The translations under genes and the position numbers were made by a program. The notes below the pieces were generated by a model. It worked only from the letters and a program-made list of their open reading frames with translations, made no database searches and was not told the DNA's origin. DNA of 64,000 nucleotides from Vicugna vicugna (taxonomy: Eukaryota), in contig MU057416.1 in NCBI GenBank assembly GCA_013265495.1, positions 56,545-120,544 on the forward strand, in the 5' to 3' direction. Below, piece by piece: positions 13,826-27,492 of the stretch (the stretch's first letter is position 1; every line of letters starts with the position of its first letter).

Positions 13826-14440
13826 GAGGATAATGCACCGAGGGGAGCGGAAGGGAAGGCGGGGGATAGTTGAAGAGTTAGGCCGCTTAATTTGTGGACA
13901 CTCAGTGAACGCCTCACTGGGACAGAAAGCAATAATATAACCTCATGTGAAATATGGCCACTATTTTAAACTAAAAAAATAAATAACAAAAAACGCCAGA
14001 GTCACAGTTCATAGTAAGGTATATATCAGAGTGCCATTCAAGAAACAACATACGTTTAGAAGAGAAATGATTTTAAACAGTTCTGAGATTTCTTCTTCAG
14101 ATCATTTGGATAGGCTGTAGGAGGGGAAAAAAAGAAAGAAAGAAAAGGAAAAGCCACAATGAAAAGCACGTCAGACTGAGTGTTTGCCACACCTTTTCCC
14201 ACGTGGTGAGAAGTCACCTCTCGCCCAACCTGCACCGTTCTCCTGAGCGGAATGCCGCAGGGAGCCCAGCCCTTCCCACCCCCTTGACTCTTTCTCTTTC
14301 ACACTAAAGTAAAAACATGTAAAAATAAAATTTGATTTTGGGTAAAAAGAAACTGACCACAGCATAAGAGCCTGAAAGATAATCATTATTAGAAATACTC
14401 TGATTTTGCTGCGCCTTTATTTACAGTTTGTAAGTGACGG

Positions 14441-14482
14441 TGTGTTTGTGTGTGAGTGTGTGTGTGCGTGTGTGTGTGTGTG
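14441..14482. repeat. (TG)n microsatellite, imperfect
   Basis: Direct read. Confidence 0.95.
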
Positions 14483-17400
14483 AGTATAAAGGCTTTTTCT
14501 TGTCTTCCAGTAACAGCTGCCCTTAGTTTTCTTAGACACAGCGTGTGGGATTTTTAACCTCTTTATTGAACACGAGCATCAACACATATAATGTTGATTA
14601 ATAACCCAAAATACCAGAAATTTAAGTTTGTTCTAAAATTGGTGAGAGGTCTTTTGCTGAACTGACTTATGAAGACTTTTTCTGTCAGCACTTCAGTTTC
14701 CCACCTTGCCTTTTGCCCAGAACTGCTCAGCAGTCCCTCCTGTTCATTCTCCTCCCTAACTTACTGCTCTTTCTTTCCTTTTGCCTTTAAAACGTAAATA
14801 CTGCATTTCTACTGCATTCATTTTTCCTTTTCAATACTTTGCTTGTAACTATTCTTTATTTATTTTTTTTTTTACCTATTTTCAACCTTCCTCCAATCTC
14901 CTCAAATCCAGAAATACACTGAGGGGAAGAGGGGTGCAGGAAGAGATGTCTCTGGCAGAGTGACATGAATAAATGTCACCTGAACACGTTTGCTTTCTCT
15001 TTTCCTATGACTCAGATGTTGGGACTTCAGGCTGGGGGACGCACACCCCCAGGGTCCGTGGCGTTTCTTCCGGGCACAGCGTGGACAGAGCGTCAGGTTG
15101 TTCCCCCTTCAAGGTGTCCACACAATCATTTACATATTTTACTTCAGTGTTGAGTGTCCCTAATCCCTTCCCTAACTTCCAAGAACCAGGTCTCTGATTT
15201 GCTCTGTCATGAAGCACTAAGAACCAATGAAGTCAGGGGTACTCCTGTGGATGAAAAGGCTGAAGTCAAGAGTGCCACTGAGCAATTAACCCAAGGCTGT
15301 TGAGAGAAATGGGGCAACGATTTCTGGTTTCTGAAATCAACAACGTTTAATCTAACCACGAGTTGTCTCCATGCATTCCATCCCCATTATGTTTGAAGTA
15401 AAGAAAAAGTAAATAATTCTCCAAATAAAATATCTGGGAGCTTGCTCATTTTGCTTGCCATTTTTCTTTTGGCGTTGAAAATGGCAGGGATGCTGAGCGG
15501 CAGAGTGTAGTTTTCCCTCGACAGTGTGTGTCGTAATAGTGAGGGTTACCCTTCTACTTTCCCGTATGCGTCCAGGGACAGTGTGGCTAAGCTTTGGCCA
15601 GTGAGATGCAAACAGATGTGTCGTCGTGTGCTTTAGGGGATAGGCAAGTCATTCCTTTCCCCTTTGCCTCTTCCTGCTGGCAGGGATGTGAACCTAGGGG
15701 TGCGCCTTCTTGGACCATATGAATGATGCCAACCCCCCAGGAACCGCAGAACATCGTGAGAGGACAGGGTCCGAGCTCTTGTGATTTTTTGGACCAGAGC
15801 CATGAAGTCACTCAGACTCGTATGAGGGATAAATACTCCACCCTGTGTCTCTGTCGCACTCATATCAGTTTATATCCTATGTAAATAGAGTATCAAAATA
15901 TCCTGTTGAAACAATGTAATATTCAGACAAATCAATGTTTGAGATTAGGTAGGAAAAAAGCCTGTAAAATGTTAAGTTCAGTCTTAGCAATTTGCATGAG
16001 TAGCCCCGCTTACGCTGTGTTGACTTTGTTACGTATGAGAGCTGACTTCTATTTTGGTGAATGAGAAATATTTCATCTTAGCGATCCTTATGGGTGAGTT
16101 TACCCTGCGCAGCATAGAAATCGACACACTGAACCAAACGAATTGTTCTGGGTGACAACACTCACATTAGAATCACACATTTCAATACAGAAATCAGAAG
16201 CGTGTTTGAAATAGTGATTTTTGTAGTGTCTTGCGAAGTTCCTCACCTTTTGGAAGATGAAATAGAGCAGATATTGGAGATTGCTCAGGGGTAGACCCCA
16301 GAAGGGGTATACCCTTCCTGAATCTCTTAATTTTGGGATATAATTTCTACATAAAGCATAAGACTAGAATGGCCAAACATATTAAGTAGCCGTTCTGGAC
16401 CCTTAATGAGGATAAGGTGCACATGAGGATGGAGAGAGAGTAGAGCCAGGAGGCGCTGTAAGAGCCAGTCGGCACGCTGGCTGGTTCAGTCACCCGTCCC
16501 CACACGTCATACTCACACAGCATCGAAGTGATCGAACTCGTGCTGTAGAAAAGCCATGCATGGCTTCACGTCAAAGACTTAAGAAGTTTCTTGAGAATTA
16601 AAGCCTCGAATCTTAGATCTGTGAATGCCCAGGGTCTGCAGGATGGCATTGACTGCTTTGCTCTGTTTGACTCTCTGGGGGGCCCCTTCTGACAGGTGCT
16701 ACCTAACAAGCCTTTAGTGGTGAAGCCACGGACACCAGGAAACACGGGGCCGGAAGCGGCTCGGTTCATGTAGTAGCAGACGCCGGGGGCAGCAGCGGGT
16801 TGTAAGTGTCGGGTCTGTCCGACAGCACCCGTGCGATTTCCTGGTTTGTGGCTCACACCCTGAAGAGGTCCTGCTTGGCAGTCTTCAGGGCTACGGGCTG
16901 ATCACGCACACTGAAGGGTCTCTGGGTAGACACTGTGCTTACATCCTCGGTGACTCTGGGAGCACGCTCGCCACTGTAGCTGCTCACTGGAATCCTCAGA
17001 TAATGGCCAGGCAGCGGCAGCAACAGAGGAAACCCAGGCTGGGAACTGCTCCGCGTCAACCGAAGGGCCCCAAGTGGGATCATGTGTGAAAGAAGTCTTT
17101 CCAGGGGGACCGGCACTGGCCTCCTTTACTGAGTCCTTGCCCAGGTTCAAAGGCTTGCTAAGTACTTTCTATGGATTATCTCACTGAAGCTTTAAATAAT
17201 CAAATGGCATAGTCACCATTATTTTCTTTTTTCTCACCATTATTGATTTAAAAAGGAAGCAGACTCAGCGAGTTTAAGGACATTGCCCCCAAATCACATA
17301 ATCGATCACCGACAACGCCAAGACGCACATCCCACTTTGTCTTATTCCAAAGTTCACGCTCTTGATAGGAAGTGTCAGTCTACTTATTAACAGAACAAAT

Positions 17401-18819
17401 AACCATATTCCATTTATTGTAAGAAATGGAGTCAATGCGATGTACATTTTCACGACACAGTGGCTTGGTGTCTTGTCCAGGCAAGGTCTTTCCTAAACAA
17501 GCAGTTGAATCTATTTAGTGTATATAGTCCCTCCTTAAATGTCCGTTTTCCAAAGATTTTACTCCTGTTATGGAAGCTTCTGGCAAAATGCACTTGGTCG
17601 CCCAAACACGTCGCACAGTATCCCGGTGGGCTTTGCTGTTCCTGTGGAGATGCTGGGACACTCTTGTCAGCGCTGCTTCCATCAGGGGACCCTCTCAGGC
17701 TCGGACAGCTGTGCTATGCCATTGGGTGACTGCAGGTGTCTGGAAGAGAAGAAAGTGCCACTGGTTTCCTCTTTGCCCCTAATTGGACCGATGTATCAAT
17801 GATCAGAAGTTAACTCCACATTTGAGAAATAGTTAGACTTTGGAATTGAAATGTTATCTCTGGAAGTTGAAATAGTGTAGCCACATCAATGTTTAAGGTA
17901 GGGTATACGTTTGTGGGGTTGAAAGGTTTAAAAAAGAAATGAAGTTGGAGAAAGGGAAGAGGAATGTACACTTTATAGGATGTTATAGCACATGAGTTAT
18001 TCTGCAAACACGTGGGAGAGAAAGACGGGACATTTTGGATTTCCCTCAGGAACTCCTTACTGACGACAAACCATTGAAAATATAGTCAAAATGGTGTCAG
18101 TGTGGCATATAGTTGCCTCTTTCAACCATTTCTAGAAACTCAGATTGATTTATATAAATAAGCCAAATAGAAGACTTTGCCTTTTAAGTGAAAAGTAACT
18201 CAGTTAAAAATGTTTGTCTCAGTGGAAATTAGGTAGAACACCTCTTTTACAGAGACTATGTTTATTTAGTATCTGATAAATAAAATAAGATGTGACAGTC
18301 TTACATTTACACGTGGCTAAAATTGGGAATAACATGCAGTCATTAAAATAATACCTTAAAAGAATATTTATTAGTATAAAATTTAGGAAGTATGATTAAG
18401 GGGAAACAATTGTAAGATATTATATAAACGTGAAATGTGGACATTATGATTCCATTCATAACATCTCTCCACCTGTCAAGAATAATATAGAAAAAAAAAG
18501 GAAATATTTATTATACAGGAAAATGTATCATTTTATTCTGGATGGTGTTTTCCAAATTTTGCAAAGCTTCTACAATAAACATTTGTCTCCTAACAGAAAC
18601 ATTTTATAAAACTAAAATTAAAACAAATGTTTCCTAAGACAATACTTAGATGAGACACTGGCGATAGAGTCCACCTTCTCTTGGAGGAAGTTTCGAGGCC
18701 AAGGACAAGGGGTCCGTGGGGCTGAGGGGGACAGTGGTGGGACTGCGACTGAGGAGGTGACTTGGTGTGGTTAGGAGATTGGTTACACACAGAGGGGTTG
18801 AGCAAATAAGCAAATATAT

Positions 18820-19640
18820 TGGGTCTTTCTAATGATTATATTCGGCTTTTGCATCTTTGGCAGAAATGGGACAGAACTGACACCGAGTTCTCACTGCATC
18901 CGTCTGGGGCTCACAAATTTCACTCGTGGTGATGCTAACTTTGATCACTTGATTAAAGTGGGCCTTTCAGCCTCCTTTGCAGTAAAGTTTATTCTCCTCT
19001 TTGTAACTAACAAGGATTTTGTGGGGCAACACTTTGAGGCTCTGCAGATGTCTTTTTGCTTATCAATGTTCTAACCTAATGGATTAATATCAGTATGAGT
19101 TCATGAACGCCTATTGTATTCAACTCTCTGTTACTGTCATGCCTTTGTGACCGAGTATCTCAGATGTCATCCCAGTGGATTCTCTTCAAGCTGATCCCCG
19201 TGTCCTTATAACACGTCCCCGCCATTCCTGGAGCACTTCCTTACTTTCTGGCAAAACCAGATGTTCAGATTCGTCTGTTATTCTCATTGCCCCGGTTCTG
19301 GGACAAGCCCCTTCTGCAGAGTCCGGGAGGAACACGGTATTTAGAAACCGAGATCTGGGCGCAGGGTGTTGCCGCAGGGACACTGCTGCTCCCTCTGCCA
19401 TCTGGGCGGGCAAAGCAAGGGAACATACAAACGGAGGCACAGATACAAGCTCTCATACATTTCACACATTTATATCTGCACTGCTTTTTCTACCTGGCTC
19501 CATATACTACAGAAAAAAATGCGTTCACATCAGTATTTCCAATTGCAATTCAGCACCACAGTGTTCATTCTACGATTTTCCTTTTCCCTGTGTCTGACTC
19601 CTCCAACGTTGTCCCATTGTTCTTAATATGCTTAGTCATG
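18820..19640 (-). mobile_element. Old L1 (L1MC/MD-like) 3' region, approximate bounds
   Basis: Motifs such as ggtgatgctaactttgatcacttgattaaagtg and tcacttccttactttctggca resemble ancient L1M 3' UTRs. Confidence 0.55.
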
Positions 19641-19734
19641 TAATCAAGCCCCTGTATGCAGCCAGTCTCCAGCCGCCAGCCCTCGCCCGGCACAGGAGGC
19701 CTCCTCATTGGCTCCGCTCTAAGACACGTTGCCG

Positions 19735-20452
19735 CTTATCAGATACGTGATTTGCAATTATTTCTCCCATTCTGTAGGTTGCCTTTTCATTCTGTTGATG
19801 GCTTCCGTTGCTCCAAGAAGACTTTTAGTTGGATGTAGTCCCACCTGTTTATTTTTGCTTTTGTTTTCTATGCTTTTGGTGTCAAATCCAAAACGCAGCA
19901 CCAGGACCAATGTCTACACGCTTACCCCTGTTTTCCCCCAGGAGTCCTCTGGTTTCAGGTCTTGGCTTCTAGCCTTTAGTCCATTTTGAACTGACTTTTG
20001 TGTGTGGTGTAAGACGGTGGTCTGTTTTCCTTCTTCCGCAGGTGGCTGTCCGGTTCTCCCAGCACCAGCTATTGAAAAGACTGCCCTTTCCCTGTTGCAT
20101 ATTCTTGGCTCCTTTGTTATAAATTCGTGGACCGTATACGCCTGGGCTTACAGAGAACAGACTAGTGGTTGCCAGAGGCAGGGGGTAGAGGCTGGGCAAA
20201 ATGGGTGAAGGGGGTCAAAAGGTACAGATTTCCAGTTACAAGCTAAACAAGTCCTGGGGAAGCAGGATTCAGCATGGCGACTATAGTGGACAGCACTGTT
20301 GGGTATTTGACAGAGGCTAAGAGAGTAGATCTTAAATGTTCTCATCACAAGAAAATAAACTTTGTAACTTTATGAGGCTGACGGATGCTAACTAACCTTA
20401 TTCTGATCATCATTTTGCAAAATATACAGATACCAAATCACAATGTTGTACC
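19735..20452. mobile_element. L1 with an inverted 5' part (ORF2 piece on minus ~19735-20148, 3' UTR on plus ~20149-20452)
   Basis: The minus strand encodes ORF2-like IYNKGAKNMQQGKGSLFNSWCWEN. It abuts plus-strand acagagaacagactagtggttgccag...aaaggtacagatttccagtta 3' UTR sequence. Confidence 0.8.
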
Positions 20453-21777
20453 CCTCCCACTTCTTGCCCCGGCCTCCCTTCTCCATTGTAGAGCTCCAGC
20501 TCCTGCCCCTCCCCTGGGCCACTGCAGTCCCTCGTCCCCACCCCCCACCCCCAGCAGGTGCCTCTGTCCCTGGGCTTTTGGATTAAGTGAGCAGGAAGGA
20601 AAAGGGGAGGGAGGAAGAAAATGTAAAAAGAGAGAAAAGTGGAGAGCGAGGGGGAAGACGGGATGGAAGGACAAAAAGAGGCATGTTTAAATATTATTAT
20701 CTTCAGACTAAGAAGCGTTCATTTCTGGAATTTCCATCTAAAAGTAAATCAAGATTCGAGAGTATGTTGAAGAAAACATTTTAATTTGTTATACTTACTT
20801 TATACCTGTTTCTCAGCACTGAAGATTTCCCAACTCCTTTATAATATATTTCTGAAAAAAAAAAGTGCTGAACAGATCAGCACGGTGCCATCTAGGCGAT
20901 TTTTCAGAAATCAGGATTAATAGATATGTACTATATCTAATTTAAGATCTATATCATATATACGTATAAAAATTGATGGCCTATGTAATGTGATTTAGAA
21001 CAAAATCAGTATGCCGGGCATGTTAAATCATTCAGTTGGCTATTACTACAAATGACCAGCATGCTTCAGTAAGAAAGCTAATCCATTTATTTAATTTAGT
21101 AAATATGCATTGAATCCAAATATAATGTACTGTTTTCATATAACACCTAAAATATAAAGAATTTAAAAATCATTTTAACTTAGAAACATTATGGATGTAT
21201 CTTGTGATTTAATATTCAAAGAAAATATTCTTTAAACTATAAGTCATGCTATAAAATTAGTGGGTCTCAGCCAGAATAGATAGAATAGAATATTTGAGTG
21301 ATTGCACAAAGGAAGCATATGTGCTGCTTCGTGAAATTTCTGCTGCAGTTAAACGTATGTGTATGTCTGTGAGTTCCTGGATCACGATATGAAATGCTTC
21401 TTACTGTTGCTCATTGTCAAAATAATTCAAAGCCACTGATTCAAAATACAATCAAAATTTACTATAAATTAGATGAAAGAGACTTCCCAGTATATAAGTA
21501 AATAAACAGCTATCAAGTCAGCAGACAAATTTAACATCACAAGTGAGGTTTTAGAGCTGTAACGTAGGGGCAGTGGAGCTTTGTTCTCGGGGTTAAGGAC
21601 CCGCACTTAGCCTTGCCACCTGCCGGGTGTTGCTGGCGATGTGTGCGCTTTCCCGGGGCTGCTGACGTTTCTGCCCTCGGGTTGGCCCACTGATGGGGTT
21701 TCTTACTGTCGATGCAAGTTGCAGAGTGAGCAAAAAAAGAATCTAGAACAAAGCAGTTGTGGCTTTTTTTTTTTTTT

Positions 21778-22588
21778 NNNNNNNNNNNNNNNNNNNNNNN
21801 NNNNNNNNNNNNNNNNNNNNNNNNNNNNNNNNNNNNNNNNNNNNNNNNNNNNNNNNNNNNNNNNNNNNNNNNNNNNNNNNNNNNNNNNNNNNNNNNNNNN
21901 NNNNNNNNNNNNNNNNNNNNNNNNNNNNNNNNNNNNNNNNNNNNNNNNNNNNNNNNNNNNNNNNNNNNNNNNNNNNNNNNNNNNNNNNNNNNNNNNNNNN
22001 NNNNNNNNNNNNNNNNNNNNNNNNNNNNNNNNNNNNNNNNNNNNNNNNNNNNNNNNNNNNNNNNNNNNNNNNNNNNNNNNNNNNNNNNNNNNNNNNNNNN
22101 NNNNNNNNNNNNNNNNNNNNNNNNNNNNNNNNNNNNNNNNNNNNNNNNNNNNNNNNNNNNNNNNNNNNNNNNNNNNNNNNNNNNNNNNNNNNNNNNNNNN
22201 NNNNNNNNNNNNNNNNNNNNNNNNNNNNNNNNNNNNNNNNNNNNNNNNNNNNNNNNNNNNNNNNNNNNNNNNNNNNNNNNNNNNNNNNNNNNNNNNNNNN
22301 NNNNNNNNNNNNNNNNNNNNNNNNNNNNNNNNNNNNNNNNNNNNNNNNNNNNNNNNNNNNNNNNNNNNNNNNNNNNNNNNNNNNNNNNNNNNNNNNNNNN
22401 NNNNNNNNNNNNNNNNNNNNNNNNNNNNNNNNNNNNNNNNNNNNNNNNNNNNNNNNNNNNNNNNNNNNNNNNNNNNNNNNNNNNNNNNNNNNNNNNNNNN
22501 NNNNNNNNNNNNNNNNNNNNNNNNNNNNNNNNNNNNNNNNNNNNNNNNNNNNNNNNNNNNNNNNNNNNNNNNNNNNNNNNNNNNNNNN
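21778..22588. other. Assembly gap (811 N), flanked by poly-T and (CCTT)n
   Basis: Run of N; simple repeats on both sides. Confidence 1.
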
Positions 22589-22652
22589 CTTCCTTCCTTC
22601 CTTCCTTCCTTCCTTCCTCCCTTCCTTCCTTCCTTCTTTTTTTCCCCTTCCT
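22589..22652. repeat. (CCTT)n microsatellite
   Basis: Direct read. Confidence 0.95.
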
Positions 22653-22739
22653 TTTAGAGAGTAGGCAGAGGGAGAGGATGTTACCACATTTACAAATAAT
22701 TTTTGGAAAAATAATACATTCATTTTGTTTGAAATAGAT

Positions 22740-23435
22740 GACTCAGATTTTTAGAGCAGTTTTATATTTACATAAAAATTCCAGACTAGCACAGAGAGCT
22801 CTTCTGTATCTTGCACCCAAGATCTCCTATTATTAACATCACGTAATAGCAGACACATGTGCCACAGTCAGTGAACCAGTACTGCTGGTCCATTAAGTGC
22901 AGTCCATACGTCACTCATGTCTCCTTGGTTTTAGCCTTCTGGGTACCACGTGCCACTCAGCTGTCTTGCCTCCTGAGGCCCCTCTTGGCTGGGACAGTTT
23001 CCTTGTTTCCAGTGACCGTGACAATTTTCAGGAGGCCAGGTCAGATATTTTGTCCAATGTTCCCCACCTGGGGTCTGGCTGCTGTCATGGGGAGAGTGGA
23101 GTTACGGGTTCTGGGGAGGAAGACCGTAGCCAGAAAGTGCCGTCAGCACGACTTACAACAGCCGCCCTCGGCCACCTGGCTGGGGTGTGCCTGTCGGGTC
23201 TCCCCGGTGAAGCCACTCTTCCTTCTCTCTCTCTATCCCGCGCCGTGTGGAAGACGTCTTGCTCAGACCGCACTGAAGGGCGAGCAGCTTGCTCTGCTTC
23301 CTTGAGATGCAGTGTGTCCGCGTAAGCCCACCAGCATCCCTCTGGACAGGCGGTTCGCCTAATCTGCCCCACGGGCTAACTTATGCAACTGCTCACATTA
23401 ATGAGGACCATGAATATTTACTTTATACTTTGGGG
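22740..23435 (-). mobile_element. Old L1 (L1MC-like) 3' fragment, approximate bounds
   Basis: tttttagagcagttttatatttacataaaa...cctattattaacatc...gggttctggggaggaagacc motifs. Confidence 0.55.
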
Positions 23436-25194
23436 GTCACAGATTTTTTAGATTAAGCAAAGCTCAGCTGGTTTAATGCAGACCCAGTATTTTACCAGCT
23501 CAATTCCTGCCCACTCCCTACCACCTACGGGGACTCCTGAGGGTTCCCAGACCTGTCTCTCAAGCACGCTGTCTACTCCCTGGGGATGCCCTTGTCCCCA
23601 TCTCGCAGTTGAGTGCAGGTCAGTCCTGCAGGCTGTAGCTCATCTCATTGCCTGGCAGTGAGCCCCTCTTGGCTTCCTTGGCCCTTTGTGTGTCCGTCCA
23701 CTGTGCCGTTTGCCACCTCACCCAGTGTTTGCCTGTCTATCCCCCCAGTGAGTTTGCGAAGCCACTGTGGCCCTGGCTGTCTCTTCCTCACTTCTGCATC
23801 CTTCCGGACCTGGCTCCCTGCCCGGCATCCAGGAGGCTCTTAACAGCAGATCTGAATGGATGGATAAGGAGTGAAAGTCTACAAGTGAATGGAACTGGTT
23901 TTGGAAGCACTGAGTCCTTTCCAAAGAGGAATGACTTCGCAGACCTGCGGTTAATGGGGTTCACGTGCTGAGCCGTTTCCACCTGCTTGTAGTGATGTGT
24001 TTATTCTGATCATCTGATTTCCGGATGCGGCCACCTTCTCAACTCAGGCAGCTCCTGGCCAAGGAACAGTCCTGCCCTCTGTGAGGAGAATGCTGCCTCC
24101 CCCTGCGAGGATGGGACCGGGGTGACCTTTGTCTCATTAGCAGGCGGCCCTCGCTGGCCAAGCTAACCGGCCAGGCTACAAAGGAGGAGGCACCTCTCAG
24201 ACACAGAAGCTCACTTTGTAACATAAAAGCTGCACCCTGTCCTGACACACACAAACTGGCTTGACTGTTTTGACTGTCAAGTCGTCAGGAAAATATTTAA
24301 TTCAGTAAAAAAGCAGTCGTTAGCCAAAAAAGCCTGTCTGCCTTTTTATTTTTTCCCTGCCGAGACTCTGAGTGCTGATTTGACTGGTCTGTGTTTGCAG
24401 AAACAGTCACATTTTCCTTGCCAAAAGAGGATGCTTTTTTTTTTACTGAAATTTAATGAAATAACTGTTACATCATATAAATTCATTTCCTCAAGAATAT
24501 GTGTCAGACTATCAAATCAATTCAGGAAAATTCTTACCTTTTTTTCTCTGAAATTCTGGAAGGGTGCGCTTGGTTACAAATTAAGTGAATTCATACTGCC
24601 ATCTAGCGCCTGAAAACGGAATGTCAGCACAACTGCGGAGAAACTGTAAACCAGGCTGTATACAGCGTCCTCAAAGCCACTGGTCTGGTTCAAGCTAGCG
24701 TTTTTTCTGGTTTTAAGATTATTACTCACAGTTGATTGGGTATTGATATTTTATCACACTTACTAGTGTGAGTAATTTGGGTTAAATTTCAGTTTGAAAA
24801 ACATCCTCAAAACATAGCCAGAAACATATACCCCCTTTCTTTTAAGAATATTAAGCATGAAATGAACACACAAGTAAAACTAAACAGTATCACACAAGAT
24901 AAATAGTGAAAAGCGAACCTTAAATTAAGTCCGTTCCCCCCACCCCGCCCCGGCCAAATAGAGTGAAGTCTTCTCTCCCCCAAATAGGGTGAGCAGATCT
25001 ATGTTTTTGGAAAATACATATTCTCTCGAGTGTGTCTGGGACTAAAATACAGAAAGGAAGATGTTCACTGAGGAAGAAAAGCCAATTGCTTTGCCCTACT
25101 TCAAGTAAACAAGGCAAAACCTCTATTTGCCAATTTCTGCCTTGATTAAACCACTCCTTCCTATAGAAAATTGTATGAATTTTGAAGCCACTCA

Positions 25195-25637
25195 TTTTTT
25201 TTTAAGTTGAAATTTATTTGGTTAACAAAGTTGTGTTAGTTTCTGGTGTACAGCATAGTGATTCAGTTACACATACATATATTCTTTACATTATAGTTGA
25301 TTACAGGATATTGAATATAGTTCCCAGTTCTATATAGTAGGACCTTGTTGTTTATCTATTTCATCAATAGTAGTTTGTATCTGCGAATCCCAAACTCCTC
25401 ATTTATCCCTCCCTCCTCCTTCCCCTTTGGTAACCATAAGTTTCTTTTCTATGTGAGTGTTTTCTGTTTTGTAAATAAGTTCATTTGTGTCTTATTTTAG
25501 ATTCCACATATAAGTGACATCATATGATATTTGTCTTTCTTTGTCTGACTTACTTCACTTAGTATGACAATCTCTAGCTCCAACCATGTGGCTGCAAATG
25601 ACATTATTTTATTTATTATGGCTGAGTAGTATTCTAT

Positions 25638-25673
<36 letters not shown>

Positions 25674-25735
25674 CATATATATAGCACATCTGTATCTAAT
25701 CATCTGTCAGTGGATCTTAGGTTGCTTCCATGTGA
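25195..25735 (-). mobile_element. 5'-truncated L1 with ORF2 C-terminus and 3' UTR
   Basis: ORF 25497..25703 contains EYYSAI...SFAATWLELEIVILSEVSQTKKDKYHMMSLICGI, the classic L1 ORF2p end; a poly-T tail lies at 25195. Confidence 0.93.
25638..25683. repeat. (GT)n(AT)n compound microsatellite inside L1
   Basis: Direct read. Confidence 0.95.
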
Positions 25736-27383
25736 AGCTACTGTTGATTTGGAACCATTTCTGACCAAGACACAAATGTGACATACTTAACATTTTTTTC
25801 TTGGTCATCAAAATCTAATAACATTTTCTCTTTCTCTCAAAATGAAAGTTTAGGAGCATGTGTGTGTGCTAGTCCATCTCTCACTAGCTCCTGAAGTATG
25901 ATCAGCCCCGTTTCCCAGTGAACAGCAGAGCTGGCATTCAAAAGCTTCCTCCTTCCCTCCACGGCACTGACGCTGCAGTGTGTGTCTTAGACCCCTCTTC
26001 TTAGTGGCATTTTGAAAGGTGGGATGAGACAGCAAGAAAAGGAGGAAGAATCAGGGACACTGGTCAGGGAGAGAGGGTGGCTCAAATCAGAGACAAGAGA
26101 GGAGAGCTGGGCAAGGTTTATGCAACACTGTATACAAGACTTCTTCGTAACCCATAAAGTTACAGTTCCAAAAGGATGGAAAAACATGACAATGGTAAGC
26201 AATCCCACTGTAATGACATAACCCCAAGTAGAAGTTTAATAACTAACAAACACTTGCTGAAAACTGCTGATGTAAAGAGATGATAAAAATTCACCGGGGA
26301 GTTTGTTCAGCATAGCAGGTACCACCCCATCCGTCATGGCTACTCACACACAAACAACATTTTTCTTTTTTGTCTTTTTTTTATCCATTCTGATTCATTT
26401 CAGTCATTCACTTTCGGATTTGAACATTGCTAGAGAAGCACAATCGTATTTTGTAAATAATTCACAGATTAAAAAAATAAACAAATGGTGTTAGTTTTTA
26501 AAATGTGATAATAAAGCTTCGTTTTAAGTTGCGCTTGGTGTGAATCAGCGCGGATCAGCGGCGAGAGGTACTCAATTCAAAGCGGTTTTCTTATGCTCAT
26601 GAATGTTCTAACAGTCGTCGCCTCTCCCTAATTGCCTGTCCTGGGAGAAAATCCTTCGCCACTGCAGGGTTATGTCACCGTGGATGAAAAAGATGCCTGC
26701 ATGTTAAAATATTTATGACTTGGTCTACCTGCATATCAACTCATCAGGGCTTATTGGTAAGCAGCCGCGGTGCCTCTCGGCTGAAGAACAACGCCAGGAG
26801 AAGCGAGGGTCACGCCGACAGCTGGGCCCCGGCTGCCGCAGGCTCCTTCCGCGCGCCTTGCCCTCGGCGAAGAACCGAGCAGAGAACAAGAAGACATATT
26901 GTTGTAAAACAGTAGAAAGTGCTCAGTTTGCCAGTTTGCATATTCCTCTGCTGCGACCCGGGATGCAGGTAGCTGTGGGCAGACCTCGCAGCCCTGCCAG
27001 CCTCAGTGCCTTTGAACAGAAGTGTTCTGTTCCCGGCCATACTCCTGGGTGGATTCCTGCGGGTATTTGGAGGAAGACTGGGGAAAGAGATAAGTTTTTT
27101 TGTTTTATTTTGCCTTCATTTTATTTTTTTAATAACAAACAATAAATCACGAATCCACTGACTCCCCACAAAATGGAAACAAACGAAAAACGCCTTTGGG
27201 AGTCACCTTTGAAAAGAGCCGGCTGCCAGGAGGAAGAAAACATTGGCCACAGCAGTTAGAAGCACGGATTTGTTTGACTGGATTGACTTTTTTCCTCATT
27301 TGACTTAGCTGTCATGCTTGGTGGCACAGGGTAAGGCCTGCCTACAGCGGGCAGGTGGCCCCCTTGCCTGGAGCCTCCCCACG

Positions 27384-27492
27384 GGGGCGTGGCCTGGCCG
27401 TGGGCGTGGCCATGGGCGTGGCCCTGCTGTGGGTGTGACCCTGGTTGTGGGCGTGACCCTGGCTGTGGGCGTGGCCCTGCCCGTGGGCGTGG
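27384..27492. repeat. GC-box minisatellite, ~7 degenerate units around GGGCGTGGCC
   Basis: Repeated gtgggcgtg(g/a)ccctg units of 12-18 bp. Confidence 0.85.

Noticed and set aside
21641..22737. Four 300+ aa ORFs
   Set aside because: Artefacts of translating through the N gap.
24721..24776. 10-bp inverted repeat attactcaca / tgtgagtaat
   Set aside because: Short and AT-rich with a long spacer; compatible with chance.
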